The translations under genes and the position numbers were made by a program. A stretch of 64,000 nucleotides of DNA from the NCBI GenBank assembly GCA_963762145.1, contig CAVXJS010000010.1, positions 260,203 through 324,202 on the forward strand, in the 5' to 3' direction. Under the pieces are notes generated by a model, which was not told the DNA's origin, made no database searches, and saw nothing but the letters and a program-made list of their open reading frames with translations. Below are positions 1-10,826 of the stretch, in pieces (the stretch's first letter is position 1; each line of letters begins with the position of its first letter). The DNA is from an uncultured Candidatus Rokubacteria bacterium. Its GTDB lineage: Bacteria > Methylomirabilota > Methylomirabilia > Rokubacteriales > CSP1-6.

Positions 1-641
1 ACGACTGGGGCGTGCTCGCGCCGAACGCGAAGCTCTCCCACATGGTGTACCTCGACGAGGCCGATATCGTGTTGCTCGCGCGGCGCGGGGTGAAGGTCAG
101 CCACTGTCCCACCGCCGGGCTCAAGCACACCAAGGGGCTGGCCGCGCACGCGCGCGTGCCCGAGATGCTGGCGGGGGGCGTGTGCGTCTCGCTCGGCGGC
201 GACAGCGGCAACGGATCGAATCACTTCGACATGCTGCGCATGATGTACCTCGTCGCCAACATCTACAAGGACGCGCGGCTCGACGTCACCGTGATGCCGC
301 CCGAGACGGTGCTGGAGATGGCGACGATCCAGGGTGCTGCGTCGCTGCTGATGGAGCGCCGGATCGGCTCGATCGAGGTGGGCAAGCGGGCCGACCTCGT
401 CTGCTACGACCGCGACCAGCCGGAGTGGCGGCCGCTCCTGAACCCGCTCAACAACCTGGTCTACGCCGCGACCGGATCGAGCGTGCGGAGCGTGCTGATC
501 GACGGCCGCCTCGTGCTCGACGAGGGCCGCATCACCACGGTGGACGAGCGCGCGATCTACGAGCGGGTGGAGGTGCTGGCGCGCGAGCAGGTGCGGCGCG
601 CCGGGCTCACCGTCGAGAGCAAGTGGCCGACTACAGGATGA
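1..641 (+). CDS. amidohydrolase-superfamily protein, C-terminal part (5' end outside window)
   Basis: ORF 12..641 is open to the window edge. The sequence (..VSLGGDSGNGSNHFDM.., ..GSIEVGKRADLV..) matches the C-terminal half of chlorohydrolase/aminohydrolase-type enzymes. Confidence 0.7.
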   Translation, partial: DWGVLAPNAKLSHMVYLDEADIVLLARRGVKVSHCPTAGLKHTKGLAAHARVPEMLAGGVCVSLGGDSGNGSNHFDMLRMMYLVANIYKDARLDVTVMPPETVLEMATIQGAASLLMERRIGSIEVGKRADLVCYDRDQPEWRPLLNPLNNLVYAATGSSVRSVLIDGRLVLDEGRITTVDERAIYERVEVLAREQVRRAGLTVESKWPTTG

Positions 642-1392
642 AGCCCTTGAACCCCTTGCGCGCCAGGGCGTCGCGGGCCGACTCGGCCTGCTCGCGCGAG
701 GCGTAGCCGCCGACCCGCACCACGTAGGGCACCGCGGACGACTCGACGCGCCGGACGTCGGCGTGGTAGCCGTCGCGCTTCACGCGCTCGGCGAGCTGGC
801 CCGCCTGCTTGGCGTTCTTGAAGGCCGCGATCTGGATCGTGAACGTCCGCCGGGAGGGGCTCGCGGGCGGCGCGGTGACCGCCGGCGGGGCCGGCTTCGT
901 CTCCTTCACGACCGCGGGCGGCGGCGCCTTCGTGTCCTTCGCGCTCTCCTTCGCGACCGGCGCCTTTGGAGGCATGGCCGGCGACGCCGTGGCGGGCGGC
1001 GTCGCGACCGCCGCGACCGCCGGCGGTCCCGTCTCGACGACGGCGGCGCCCGAAGGCTTCGCGGTCACGGTGGAGATGATCGCTTCCGGGGTCCCCTCGC
1101 GCTTGGCCTGTGAAGGAGGCGGCGGGCCGATGTCGTACCAGCCGAGCCATTGCGGGATCGCGAAGACCAGCACGAAGGTGACCGCGGCGGCCGCGATCCC
1201 GATCCACATGCCGCGGAACGGCGAGTCGGACGGCTCCTCCATCTCGTCGTCCTCGTCCTCGAGCCACGCGGGCTCCTCGAGGGCGGGGAATTTCATCTGC
1301 GCGTCGTGCTCGTGGGGGCTCCGGCCCTCGAGCGGCAGCTCGCGCTCGTCGTGATCGTCGTGTTCCCGTCGCGTCTCGTGATCGGTCAGCAT
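631..1392 (-). CDS. SPOR domain-containing membrane protein
   Basis: 253-aa ORF with an acidic N-terminus, one TM segment (IGIAAAAVTFVLVFAI), a Pro/Ala-rich linker and a C-terminal SPOR-like domain (FTIQIAAFKNAKQAGQLAERVK..VRVGGYASREQAESA). Confidence 0.75.
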   Translation of the reverse strand: MLTDHETRREHDDHDERELPLEGRSPHEHDAQMKFPALEEPAWLEDEDDEMEEPSDSPFRGMWIGIAAAAVTFVLVFAIPQWLGWYDIGPPPPSQAKREGTPEAIISTVTAKPSGAAVVETGPPAVAAVATPPATASPAMPPKAPVAKESAKDTKAPPPAVVKETKPAPPAVTAPPASPSRRTFTIQIAAFKNAKQAGQLAERVKRDGYHADVRRVESSAVPYVVRVGGYASREQAESARDALARKGFKGFIL

Positions 1393-1472
1393 AGTCCCGG
1401 TTTAGCATGGCCCCCGCCACCCTCCGGCAAGAATAAAGACTGTCCCGAGTGACGCTGCGCGGCAGTGAATAA

Positions 1473-1511
1473 TCTCCCTCGCCCCGGAGGGGAGAGGGCA
1501 GGGTGAGGGGG
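1473..1511. repeat. REP-like palindromic element, copy A (single unit)
   Basis: ctccctcgcccc-gga-ggggagagggcagggtgaggggg. It shares the GGGGAGAGGG / GGGTGAGGGG core with the copies at 2996, 8094 and 36477. Intergenic. Confidence 0.6.
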
Positions 1512-1594
1512 TCGGGGCGCGCCTTGACTCGGCGCATCGCCCGACGTAGCGTTCAGCCGTTCCCGACCGACCCCTCACCACGAAGGAGATCGCG

Positions 1595-2431
1595 ATGCGC
1601 CTCAAGGATCGAGTGGCCCTGGTGACCGGCGCCGGCTCCGGTATCGGCCGGGCCATCGCGCTGCGCTTCGCCCAGGAAGGGGCGCGGGTGATCGTCAACG
1701 ACATCACGCAGGAGACGGCCCAGGAGACGGCGGACGCGATCGCGTCGGGCAGCGAGGCGGCGCGGGGGCGCGCCCTCGCCGCCGACGTGGCCGACTCGGG
1801 GCAGGTGCGGCGGATGTTCGCGGAGGTGGAACGCGAGTTCGGCGCGCTCGACATCCTCGTCAACAACGCGGGGATCGCGGAAGCGGCGCCCGGCGACCGG
1901 GAGAAGATCCGCGCGCGGTCGGAGGCGCGCATGAGCGAGCTCATGGGGGGCGGGCCGGTGACCACGCACTGGGACCTGACCCAGGAGATGTCCGACGAGG
2001 CGTGGCGCCGGATGATGGGCGTGCACCTCGACGGGACCTTCTTCTGCACGCGCGAGGCCCTGCGCCTGATGGCTCGCAAGAACCGCGGCGCGATCATCAA
2101 CATGTCGAGCGTGGCCGCGCTCATGGGCCTCGAGGCCGCGGTGCACTACAGCGCGGCCAAGGGAGGCATCCTGGCCTTCACCCGCGCGGTCGCGCGCGAG
2201 GTGGCCTCCCGCGGGATCCGGGTCAACGCGATCTGCCCGGGCTACATCGACACGCCCATGACCAGGCCCATGTCGCCGGTGTCGCAGCGGCTGATCATCG
2301 CCCGCACCCCCCTCGGCCGCTGGGGCGAGCCCGAGGAGATCGCCGCCACCGCCGCCTTCCTGGCCTCCGACGACGCCTCCTACTTCACGGGCCAGTGGCT
2401 CTCCCCCAACGGCGGCCTCTTCATCGGCTAG
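1595..2431 (+). CDS. SDR-family oxidoreductase (FabG-like)
   Basis: 278-aa ORF with TGAGSGIGRAIA (NAD(P) binding), NNAG and the YSAAKGG catalytic motif. Confidence 0.85.
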   Translation: MRLKDRVALVTGAGSGIGRAIALRFAQEGARVIVNDITQETAQETADAIASGSEAARGRALAADVADSGQVRRMFAEVEREFGALDILVNNAGIAEAAPGDREKIRARSEARMSELMGGGPVTTHWDLTQEMSDEAWRRMMGVHLDGTFFCTREALRLMARKNRGAIINMSSVAALMGLEAAVHYSAAKGGILAFTRAVAREVASRGIRVNAICPGYIDTPMTRPMSPVSQRLIIARTPLGRWGEPEEIAATAAFLASDDASYFTGQWLSPNGGLFIG

Positions 2432-2437
2432 CAGATA

Positions 2438-2521
2438 GGGGTCAGGTCTTGAATTACGACATTTCAGCGCGCGGTGTATCTCTGACCGCGATGAAAATGT
2501 CGTAATTCAAGACCTGACCCC
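2438..2521. repeat. perfect 27-bp inverted repeat with 30-nt spacer (MITE-like or very long hairpin)
   Basis: ggggtcaggtcttgaattacgacattt (2438-2464) is the exact reverse complement of 2495-2521. The arms are much more AT-rich than the surroundings. It lies between the convergent SDR and rnhA genes. Confidence 0.8.
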
Positions 2522-2537
2522 AGACTAAGCGCCCGGC

Positions 2538-2996
2538 CTAGCGCGCGACGCGTTGGATGGCGGAGCGCGCGAGGGCGTCGGCGCGCTCGTTGAGCGGGTC
2601 GCCGCTGTGGCCGGCGACCTTGTGCCAGGTGACGTCGTGCTGGTCGACGGCCAGCGCGATCAGCGGCTCCCAGAGGTCGCGGTTGTCCACCGGCTTCTTG
2701 CTGGAACTGATCCAGCCGTTCTTCCGCCAGCGCTCGTACCACTTGTCGCGGAAGCAGTTGATCACGTACGCGCTGTCGCTGTAGATGGCGACGCGCCGGC
2801 GGCCCGGGAGCGAGCGGAGGCCCTCGAGCGGGGCGGTCAGCTCCATGCGCTGGTTGGTGGTGGGGTTCTCACCCCCCGAGAGCTCGAGCTCCCGGCCGTC
2901 CTCCATGAGGATGGCGCCCCAGCCGCCGGGGCCGGGATTGCCCGAGCAGGCGCCGTCCGTGTACATGACGATCGGGGGTTGCGGCATCAGACCCAC
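2538..2996 (-). CDS. rnhA: ribonuclease HI
   Basis: 152-aa ORF with YTDGACSGNPGPGGWGAIL, NQRMELTA, IYSDSAYV and GHSGDPLNERADALA. The start is GTG at 2996 or ATG at 2987. Confidence 0.9.
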   Translation of the reverse strand: MGLMPQPPIVMYTDGACSGNPGPGGWGAILMEDGRELELSGGENPTTNQRMELTAPLEGLRSLPGRRRVAIYSDSAYVINCFRDKWYERWRKNGWISSSKKPVDNRDLWEPLIALAVDQHDVTWHKVAGHSGDPLNERADALARSAIQRVAR

Positions 2997-3080
2997 CCCT
3001 CACCCTGGCCCTCTCCCCTGGGGGGAGAGGGGAACGTCAAACCCTCGCCCCGGCAGGGGGAGAGGGAAGGGTGAGGGGGA
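2996..3080. repeat. REP-like palindromic element, copy B (two inverted units)
   Basis: cccctcaccctggccctctcccc-tgg-ggggagagggg ... accctcgcccc-ggca-gggggagagggaagggtgaggggg. The outer halves also pair with each other. Confidence 0.65.
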
Positions 3081-3108
3081 TTCCCAAGAAGAGGGGGATT
3101 GGGACTTT

Positions 3109-3816
3109 CTATGAGGGCCAGTAGATGTAGCGGCCGCAGGACTCGCAGGGGATCAGCGAGGCCTGCGCGCGGAGCTCCTGCAGGCGCTGGGGCGTGATCT
3201 GCATGCGGCAGGCCCCGCAGAAGTTCGGCTTCGCGACCGGCGCGAGCGCCAAGCCGCCGCGGGCGCGCAGGATGCGGTCGTAGTCGGCCAGGATGGGGCC
3301 CGGCAGCTGGCCGGCCAGCTCCTTGCGCTCCGTCCGCACCCCGACCAGCTCGGACTCGACCGCGCGGAGCTGCTCCTTGGCGGTGGCCTCCTGGCTGCGG
3401 CCCTCGGCCTCGCTCTGCTTGAAGCGCGCCTCCGCCTCGCGGATGTCGCCCGTCAGCCGCTCCTGGGCCTCCATGAGGACCAGGATCTCCTCCTCCATCT
3501 TGGCCTTCTCCTGCTTGATGTCCTCGATCTCGATCAGGACCGCGGAGTATTCCTTGTTGGTCTTGACCTCGTAGAGGCGGGCTTCGTTCTTGCTGCGCTT
3601 GCCCTGGACGACCTCGAGGTCCTTTTCCTTCGCGCGCTGGTCCTTGCGGGCGGCGTCGAGCCGGGCCTTGGCCTGCTCGACGTGCTTCTTGGCGTCCTCG
3701 ACCGCGGCGTGGATGGCGGCGATCTCCCGAGGGAGCCGCGCGGCGTCCGCCTCGAGGGCGGCGATGCGCGAGTCGATCGCCTGCAGACTGATCAGTGTCT
3801 GGAGCTTCTGGTCCAA
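3109..3816 (-). CDS. coiled-coil / C4 zinc-ribbon protein (COG1579, DUF164-like)
   Basis: 235-aa ORF with long heptad-like coiled-coil segments and a C-terminal CGACRMQI...CESCGR zinc ribbon. Confidence 0.7.
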   Translation of the reverse strand: MDQKLQTLISLQAIDSRIAALEADAARLPREIAAIHAAVEDAKKHVEQAKARLDAARKDQRAKEKDLEVVQGKRSKNEARLYEVKTNKEYSAVLIEIEDIKQEKAKMEEEILVLMEAQERLTGDIREAEARFKQSEAEGRSQEATAKEQLRAVESELVGVRTERKELAGQLPGPILADYDRILRARGGLALAPVAKPNFCGACRMQITPQRLQELRAQASLIPCESCGRYIYWPS

Positions 3817-3932
3817 TGACCCCCCTCTGGCATTTCTTGCGTTCCGATCCCTTCAAGCATTTCTTGTATTCGCTCGGCTCGCCTTCGGCTCACCTCGCCC
3901 TGCTGCCCTGCTACTGCCCCTGTCTAACGGGT

Positions 3933-4010
3933 TTTGGTGGGCCCACTTGGACTCGAACCAAGACCGGACCGGTTATGAGCCGGGGGCTCTGCCAATTGAG
4001 CTATGGGCCC
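3933..4010 (-). tRNA. tRNA-Met (CAU), elongator-type, CCA encoded
   Basis: Reverse complement reads GGGCCCATAGCTCAATTGGCAGAGC..CTCATAA..CTTGGTTCGAGTCCAAGTGGGCCCACCA. The G1-C72 pair excludes an initiator; an Ile2 (lysidine) identity is not excluded. Confidence 0.85.
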
Positions 4011-4039
4011 GGCGGTCATCATACCACCGCGTCCGGGGC

Positions 4040-5857
<1,818 letters not shown>

Positions 5858-5881
5858 GCCTCGCCGTTCTCCTGGTGGGGT

Positions 5882-7807
5882 TTAGAGTGTGTCCGCTTGA
5901 CGCTGGTGGCCCCCCGGCCACTCGTTCGGCAGCGCCGGGCGCGCCAGGGCTAGCTCCCTGACCGCCTCCGCCTCCCGTTGCAGGTCACGCAGCAGCGCGC
6001 GAAGCTCTTCCTCGAGCGCGGGCAGCGCCGGGTCCCCGGTGGCCTGGGCGAGAGTGACCGCCCGCTCCACCTGACGTACCCGGTGTTTGCGATGCCGGAT
6101 ATGGTACCGCCTCTTTAGCTCTGCGACGTGACTATGTGTATCGCCCCACTTGCGGTCCTCGACCAGGAGGGCCGCCAGCAGCCCCCGCTCGCGATCCCCC
6201 GGCAGGTCGGCCATCAATGCCTCGGGCTGCGCGCCGGGTGTGCGCCGCAGGGCGGTCAGCACCAGGCGCAGCCCCGGGTGCGCCACGTCCTCATCCGCGA
6301 GCACGGGAAGGAGCTCGGCCCGCGCCTCATCGACTTGCAAGAGGAGGGCCACGAGATCCCGCTCGAACGGAACGGGCGGCGGCCAGGAATCCGATTCCCC
6401 GCTTCCGTGGCCCGATTGGGAAAGCTGTTCCGGCCGGCGACCCCGCGCGCGGGAGCCCTGCAGCTGCTGCGCCTCGATCCAGAGCTGGGTGGAGTCCACG
6501 CCGAGCCGTCGGGCAGCCTCCCGCGCCAGCTCGGTGGCCTCCTCGGCATTGGCCACCTTGGAGAGGATCAGGGCCACGCGGGCGTGGGCATTGGCCCGGC
6601 CCCGCGCGGTGGTCAGGTCCTCGTCGGCGAATGCCTTCTCCATGACGAAGGAGAGCAGGGGGCGCGCCGCGTCGAGCCGCGTGGTGAGCGCGGCGGCGCC
6701 CTCGGCGCGCAGCAGGCTGTCCGGGTCGTGGCCGGCGGGGAGGAGCGCCACGCGGATCGGCAGGTGCCCCGCCTTCTCGAAGCCGCCGGTGCGCGAGACG
6801 GACCAGCCCAGATTCTGGAGGTCCATCACGTCGTTCATCATCTCCTCGAGGCGCGAGGAGGCCTTCTGGCCCGCCGCGTCGGCGTCGAAGAGCGCCACCA
6901 CCTCGTCGGCGTAGCGGCGCAGCAGCCCGAGCTGGGCGGTCGTGAACGCGGTGCCGAGCGCGGCCACCGTCTCCCCGAAGCCGTGCTGGTGCGCCATGAG
7001 GCAGTCGAGGTAGCCCTCGACGATGATGGCGCGGCTCCGCTCCCGCATCGCGATCCGGGCCACGTCGAGCGCGTAGAGGATCTGGCCCTTCACGTACAGC
7101 GGCGTCTCCGGGGAGTTGAGGTACTTGGGCTCCTCGCCCGAGAGCGCGCGCCCGCCGAACGCCACCACGCGGCCCTGCACGTCACGGATGGGAAAGAGCA
7201 GCCGGCCGCGGAAGCGGTCGTAGAAGCCCGGCCCGTTCTGGCGCGCGAGGATGAGCCCGGCCTGCACCAGGACGTCCTCGCCGATGCCCTGCCGGGCCAT
7301 GACGCCCAGCAGCGCGTTCCAGCTCTCGGGCGCGTAGCCGAGTCCGAAGCGCTTCGCCACTTCCGGATCCACGCCGCGCTGCTCCAGGTACGCGCGTGCC
7401 TTCTCGCCTCCCGGTTCCCAGAGCGAGCGGGTGTAGAACTCGGCCGCGAGGGCCATCGCGCGCCGCAGCGCCTCGAGCTTGCCGTCCACCTCCGGTGCCC
7501 GCTGGCCCGCGTCGGGCAGGGCGACGCCGGCGCGGTCGGCCAGCGTGCGCACCGCTTCCGGGAACGCCACGCGCTCCTGGCGCATGAGGAAGCTGAAGGC
7601 GTCGCCACCCGCGCCGCAGCCGAAGCAGTGATAGATGTTCCGCTTCGGGTTCACGGTGAAGGAAGGCGTCTTCTCGGAGTGGAAGGGACAGAGGCCCTTC
7701 CAGTTCTCCCCGGTCCGCTTGAGCTTCACGACCTGGCCGACGATCTCGAGGATGTCGGCGCGGGAGCGGATCTCGTCGAGGAGCTGCTGGGAGTATCCGC
7801 CCGGCAT
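5882..7807 (-). CDS. dnaG: DNA primase
   Basis: 641-aa intact ORF with an N-terminal CHC2 zinc finger (CPFHSEKTPSFTV..YHCFGCGAGGD) and a TOPRIM region (IIVEGYLDCL). It lies directly upstream of rpoD. Confidence 0.93.
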   Translation of the reverse strand: MPGGYSQQLLDEIRSRADILEIVGQVVKLKRTGENWKGLCPFHSEKTPSFTVNPKRNIYHCFGCGAGGDAFSFLMRQERVAFPEAVRTLADRAGVALPDAGQRAPEVDGKLEALRRAMALAAEFYTRSLWEPGGEKARAYLEQRGVDPEVAKRFGLGYAPESWNALLGVMARQGIGEDVLVQAGLILARQNGPGFYDRFRGRLLFPIRDVQGRVVAFGGRALSGEEPKYLNSPETPLYVKGQILYALDVARIAMRERSRAIIVEGYLDCLMAHQHGFGETVAALGTAFTTAQLGLLRRYADEVVALFDADAAGQKASSRLEEMMNDVMDLQNLGWSVSRTGGFEKAGHLPIRVALLPAGHDPDSLLRAEGAAALTTRLDAARPLLSFVMEKAFADEDLTTARGRANAHARVALILSKVANAEEATELAREAARRLGVDSTQLWIEAQQLQGSRARGRRPEQLSQSGHGSGESDSWPPPVPFERDLVALLLQVDEARAELLPVLADEDVAHPGLRLVLTALRRTPGAQPEALMADLPGDRERGLLAALLVEDRKWGDTHSHVAELKRRYHIRHRKHRVRQVERAVTLAQATGDPALPALEEELRALLRDLQREAEAVRELALARPALPNEWPGGHQRQADTL

Positions 7808-7818
7808 CGGAAGTGGCC

Positions 7819-8193
7819 TCAGCCCTGGGTGAGCGTCGCGACGGTGGCGCCGGCGCCGCCCTCGGAGGACGCCCCCGGGCGGTGCTCGGCCACGAGGGGG
7901 TGGGCGCTCAGCAATTCCTCGACCGCCCGACGGAGGGCACCCGTGCCCTTGCCGTGGATGATGCGAACCGACGGGAGCCCGGCCAGGAATGCATCGTCGA
8001 GGTACTTTTCTAGCAGATCCCGCGCCTCATCGGTAGTCCGTCCTATGATATTCAGCTCCCCACCCACCGCGCTCTTGTCGGGGGTGGTGATTCGCCCCTC
8101 ACCGCCGGCCCCCTCACCCTGCCCTCTCCCCCTTCGGGGGCGAGGGGACGTTTCACCCTCTCCCCGCCGGGGAGGGCTGGGGTGAGAGGCCAC
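7819..8193 (-). CDS. mutS2: Smr-domain ORF (detached C-terminal part of MutS2)
   Basis: LNIIGRTTDEARDLLEKYLDDAFLAGLPSVRIIHGKGTGALRRAVEELL is a typical Smr domain. The N-terminal ~32 codons of this ORF are read from REP copy C. Confidence 0.8.
   Translation of the reverse strand: MASHPSPPRRGEGETSPRPRRGRGQGEGAGGEGRITTPDKSAVGGELNIIGRTTDEARDLLEKYLDDAFLAGLPSVRIIHGKGTGALRRAVEELLSAHPLVAEHRPGASSEGGAGATVATLTQG
8094..8189. repeat. REP-like palindromic element, copy C (two units), inside mutS2
   Basis: cgcccctcaccgccggccccctcaccctgccctctccccc-ttc-gggggcgaggggac gtttc accctctcccc-gcc-ggggagggctggggtgagagg. Confidence 0.65.
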
Positions 8194-10270
8194 GTGCTAC
8201 GACGCGCACCGCCTGCATCGGCACCTTCACCGTCACCGCGCCGGCCTGCACCGTCACCGTCTCACCGTCCACGCCCAGCGCGTCCCCCTTGAGGCCGAGG
8301 TGCGTGATCTCGACGCGATCGCCCACGGTGACCGGGCCCGCCCCCTCCGGCTCTGGCCCGGTGGCCCCCGCAGTGTGCTCCACCTTCTGCGCAGTTTCCA
8401 CCAGCCGCTTGCGCGCGCGCTCCAGCTCCGGCCGGCTCTTCTCGGCCCGCTTGAGCCGGTCCCACTCCTCGTTCACGTGGCGCCGAACCTCGGTGACCAG
8501 GCGCTGCGCCTCGGCCTTCGCGCGGGCGATGGTCTCCCGCGCGCTCGCGCGCGCGGTCTCGAGCTCGGCCTGCGCCCGCGCGAGCAGCCCCGCGCTCTCC
8601 GCCTCGCGCCGCTCGAGCAGCGCGCCGCGCTCGGCGTCCCGCCGATCCCGGTCGTCGAGGCGGGCCAGCAGCTCCTGGAGCTGTCGCTGCTGGGTGGAGC
8701 GGTGCCCGTGCGCCCGCTCGATGAGCGCGGCGGGCAGGCCGAGGCGGGCGCCGATGGAGAGCGCATAGCTCTGCCCCGGGCGATCGTAGACGAGCCGGAA
8801 GGTGGGGGCGAGCCGCTCGGGATCGAACTCCACCGAGGCGTTGCGGGCCCTCGGGTGGGTGGAGGCGAAACCCTTCAGCGGCTCGAGGTGGGTGGAGGCC
8901 ACGACCATCGCGCCCCGGTCGGCCAGGTCCTCCAGCACCGCCTGGGCCAGCGCGGCGCCGTCGTCGGGATCGGTGCCCGCGCCCAGCTCGTCCAGGAGGA
9001 CGAGCGAGCGGCCGTCCACGCGCTCGAGCACCTCGCGGAGCTGCTTGACGAACGCGGAGAACGTCGAGAGGTTCTCCGCCACGCTCTGCTCGTCGCCGAC
9101 GATCGCGAAGCACTGCGAGAACACGGGTAGCCGCGCGCCGTCCCGCGCGGGCACGTGGCAGCCCGCCTGGGCCATGAGCGCGAGCAGGCCCAGGGTCTTC
9201 ATCGCCACCGTCTTGCCCCCCGCGTTGGGGCCGGTGATGACGAGCAGCGGCCGCTCGGCCGGGATCTCGATGTCCATGGGGACGACCGCTCGGCCGCCGT
9301 CGGCGCCTGCCCAGCTCTGGGCGAGTAGGATCGGATTCAGCGCGCCGCGGAGGACCACGTCGCGCTCGTCGGTGATCGCGGGCTCGACCGCGCCCATGCG
9401 CTCGGCGAGCGCGCCGCGGGCGAAGATCAGGTCGAGGCCGCCGATGCCCGCGACCAGGTCGTCGAGCTCGGGCAGCGCGGCCCGCACCGCGTCGGTCAGC
9501 GCGGCCAGGACGCGGAGGATCTCGGTCTCCTCCTCGCGCACGGCCTGGACGAGATCGTTGTTGGCCTCCACGACCGCCTCCGGCTCCACGAAGAGCGTGG
9601 CCCCGCTCTGCGAGCGGTCGTGGACGATGCCGCGCAGCCGGCTCCTGGCCTCCGCGCGGATCGGCAGGACGTAGCGGCCGTGCCGGACCGTGACGTAGCG
9701 CTCCTGGAACGTGGTGTCGGCGTTGGGCGCCCCGAAGTACGCCTCGAGCCGCTTCACGAGGTCGCGCCGCAGGGCGCGGATGGACTGGCGGACGCGGCGC
9801 AGCGCGGGCGAGGCTTCGTCGCGCACCTGGCCGTCGGCGTCGAGCGAGCGCCGGAGCAGGTCGGCCAGCTCGGTCTGCCGCGGGAAGCCCGCGAGAGCCG
9901 CCGCGAGATCCGGCGCCACCGGCTGGATGGCGCGGCCGTAGGCGAGCAGGCGCCCCGCCGCCTCCAGCAGCGGGATCAGCGCGGCGAGGTCGGCGGCCTC
10001 GGCCACCGAGCCCACCACGCGCGCGGTCTCGAGCGTGGGCCGCACGTCGGGGATGCCCTCCCAGGGGGGCACGCCGGTCTGGCCCATCGCCGCCCGGGCC
10101 TGGCCGGTCTCGCCGAGCGCGCGCCGGATCGCGCCGGGATCCGTGACGGGGAGCGTGGCGGTCGCCAGCTCGCGGCCCATCGGCGTTCGCGCTTCGCGCG
10201 CGAGGAGCGCCAGCACCTGCGGCCACTCGAGGCCGCCGCTGCCCGCGGAGAGCCGGAACGCGGGGCTCAT
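8153..10270 (-). CDS. mutS2: endonuclease MutS2, core (705 aa, ends inside REP copy C)
   Basis: MutS domain V Walker A (ITGPNAGGKTVAMKTLGL), DELGAGTDP and a long coiled-coil C-terminal region. The stop codon lies within the REP element, one frame off the Smr ORF. Confidence 0.9.
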   Translation of the reverse strand: MSPAFRLSAGSGGLEWPQVLALLAREARTPMGRELATATLPVTDPGAIRRALGETGQARAAMGQTGVPPWEGIPDVRPTLETARVVGSVAEAADLAALIPLLEAAGRLLAYGRAIQPVAPDLAAALAGFPRQTELADLLRRSLDADGQVRDEASPALRRVRQSIRALRRDLVKRLEAYFGAPNADTTFQERYVTVRHGRYVLPIRAEARSRLRGIVHDRSQSGATLFVEPEAVVEANNDLVQAVREEETEILRVLAALTDAVRAALPELDDLVAGIGGLDLIFARGALAERMGAVEPAITDERDVVLRGALNPILLAQSWAGADGGRAVVPMDIEIPAERPLLVITGPNAGGKTVAMKTLGLLALMAQAGCHVPARDGARLPVFSQCFAIVGDEQSVAENLSTFSAFVKQLREVLERVDGRSLVLLDELGAGTDPDDGAALAQAVLEDLADRGAMVVASTHLEPLKGFASTHPRARNASVEFDPERLAPTFRLVYDRPGQSYALSIGARLGLPAALIERAHGHRSTQQRQLQELLARLDDRDRRDAERGALLERREAESAGLLARAQAELETARASARETIARAKAEAQRLVTEVRRHVNEEWDRLKRAEKSRPELERARKRLVETAQKVEHTAGATGPEPEGAGPVTVGDRVEITHLGLKGDALGVDGETVTVQAGAVTVKVPMQAVRVVARGLSPQPSPAGRG

Positions 10271-10283
10271 GCGCGCCGGGCCC

Positions 10284-10826
10284 TCAGCGGCGCTCCACGA
10301 GGGCGAGCGCCTCGTCGGCGGCCTCGTCGCAGGCCGCCGCGATCGTCTCCTGCTCCTCGGGAAAGAAGGGCGAGAGCACGTGGTCGGAGACGCGATCCCG
10401 GTCCTCGCCGGGCCGGCCCGGCCGCCCGATGCCGATCTTGACGCGCCGGAGGTCGTTGGTGCCGAAGGCCGCGATCAGCGAGCGGACGCCGTTGTGGCCG
10501 CCCGCGCTGCCGGTGAGGCGCACCCGGACCTTGCCGAGCGGGAGATCCAGATCGTCGAAGACGATGACCACGTCGGCGGGTCCCAGGTGGAGCTTGCGCG
10601 CGAGGCGCGCCACCGGGGCGCCGGTGACGTTCATGAAGCTGCCGGGCTTGATGAGATAGAGGGGCTCGCCCTGCCAGCGGGCGGCGGCGACCGCGTGCCC
10701 GCTGTCGCGCTCGAAGCGCGTATGAATGCGATGGGCCAGCGCGTCGACGACGCGCTGGCCCACGTTGTGCCGGGTGTTGCGATATTCCGGGCCCGGATTC
10801 CCCAGGCCGACGATGGCCTGGGCCAC
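10284..10826 (-). CDS. pth: peptidyl-tRNA hydrolase
   Basis: 180-aa ORF with IVGLGNPGPEYRNTRHNVG, FMNVTG and GGHNGVRS motifs. Confidence 0.92.
   Translation of the reverse strand: MAQAIVGLGNPGPEYRNTRHNVGQRVVDALAHRIHTRFERDSGHAVAAARWQGEPLYLIKPGSFMNVTGAPVARLARKLHLGPADVVIVFDDLDLPLGKVRVRLTGSAGGHNGVRSLIAAFGTNDLRRVKIGIGRPGRPGEDRDRVSDHVLSPFFPEEQETIAAACDEAADEALALVERR

Noticed and set aside
2987-3856. ORFs whose ends encode PSPLRGEG/GEGQGEG-type peptides (for example 2987..3856, 557..1537, 2785..3114, 36329..36517)
   Set aside because: These are translations of the REP-like palindromes and adjacent non-coding or antisense sequence, not genes.
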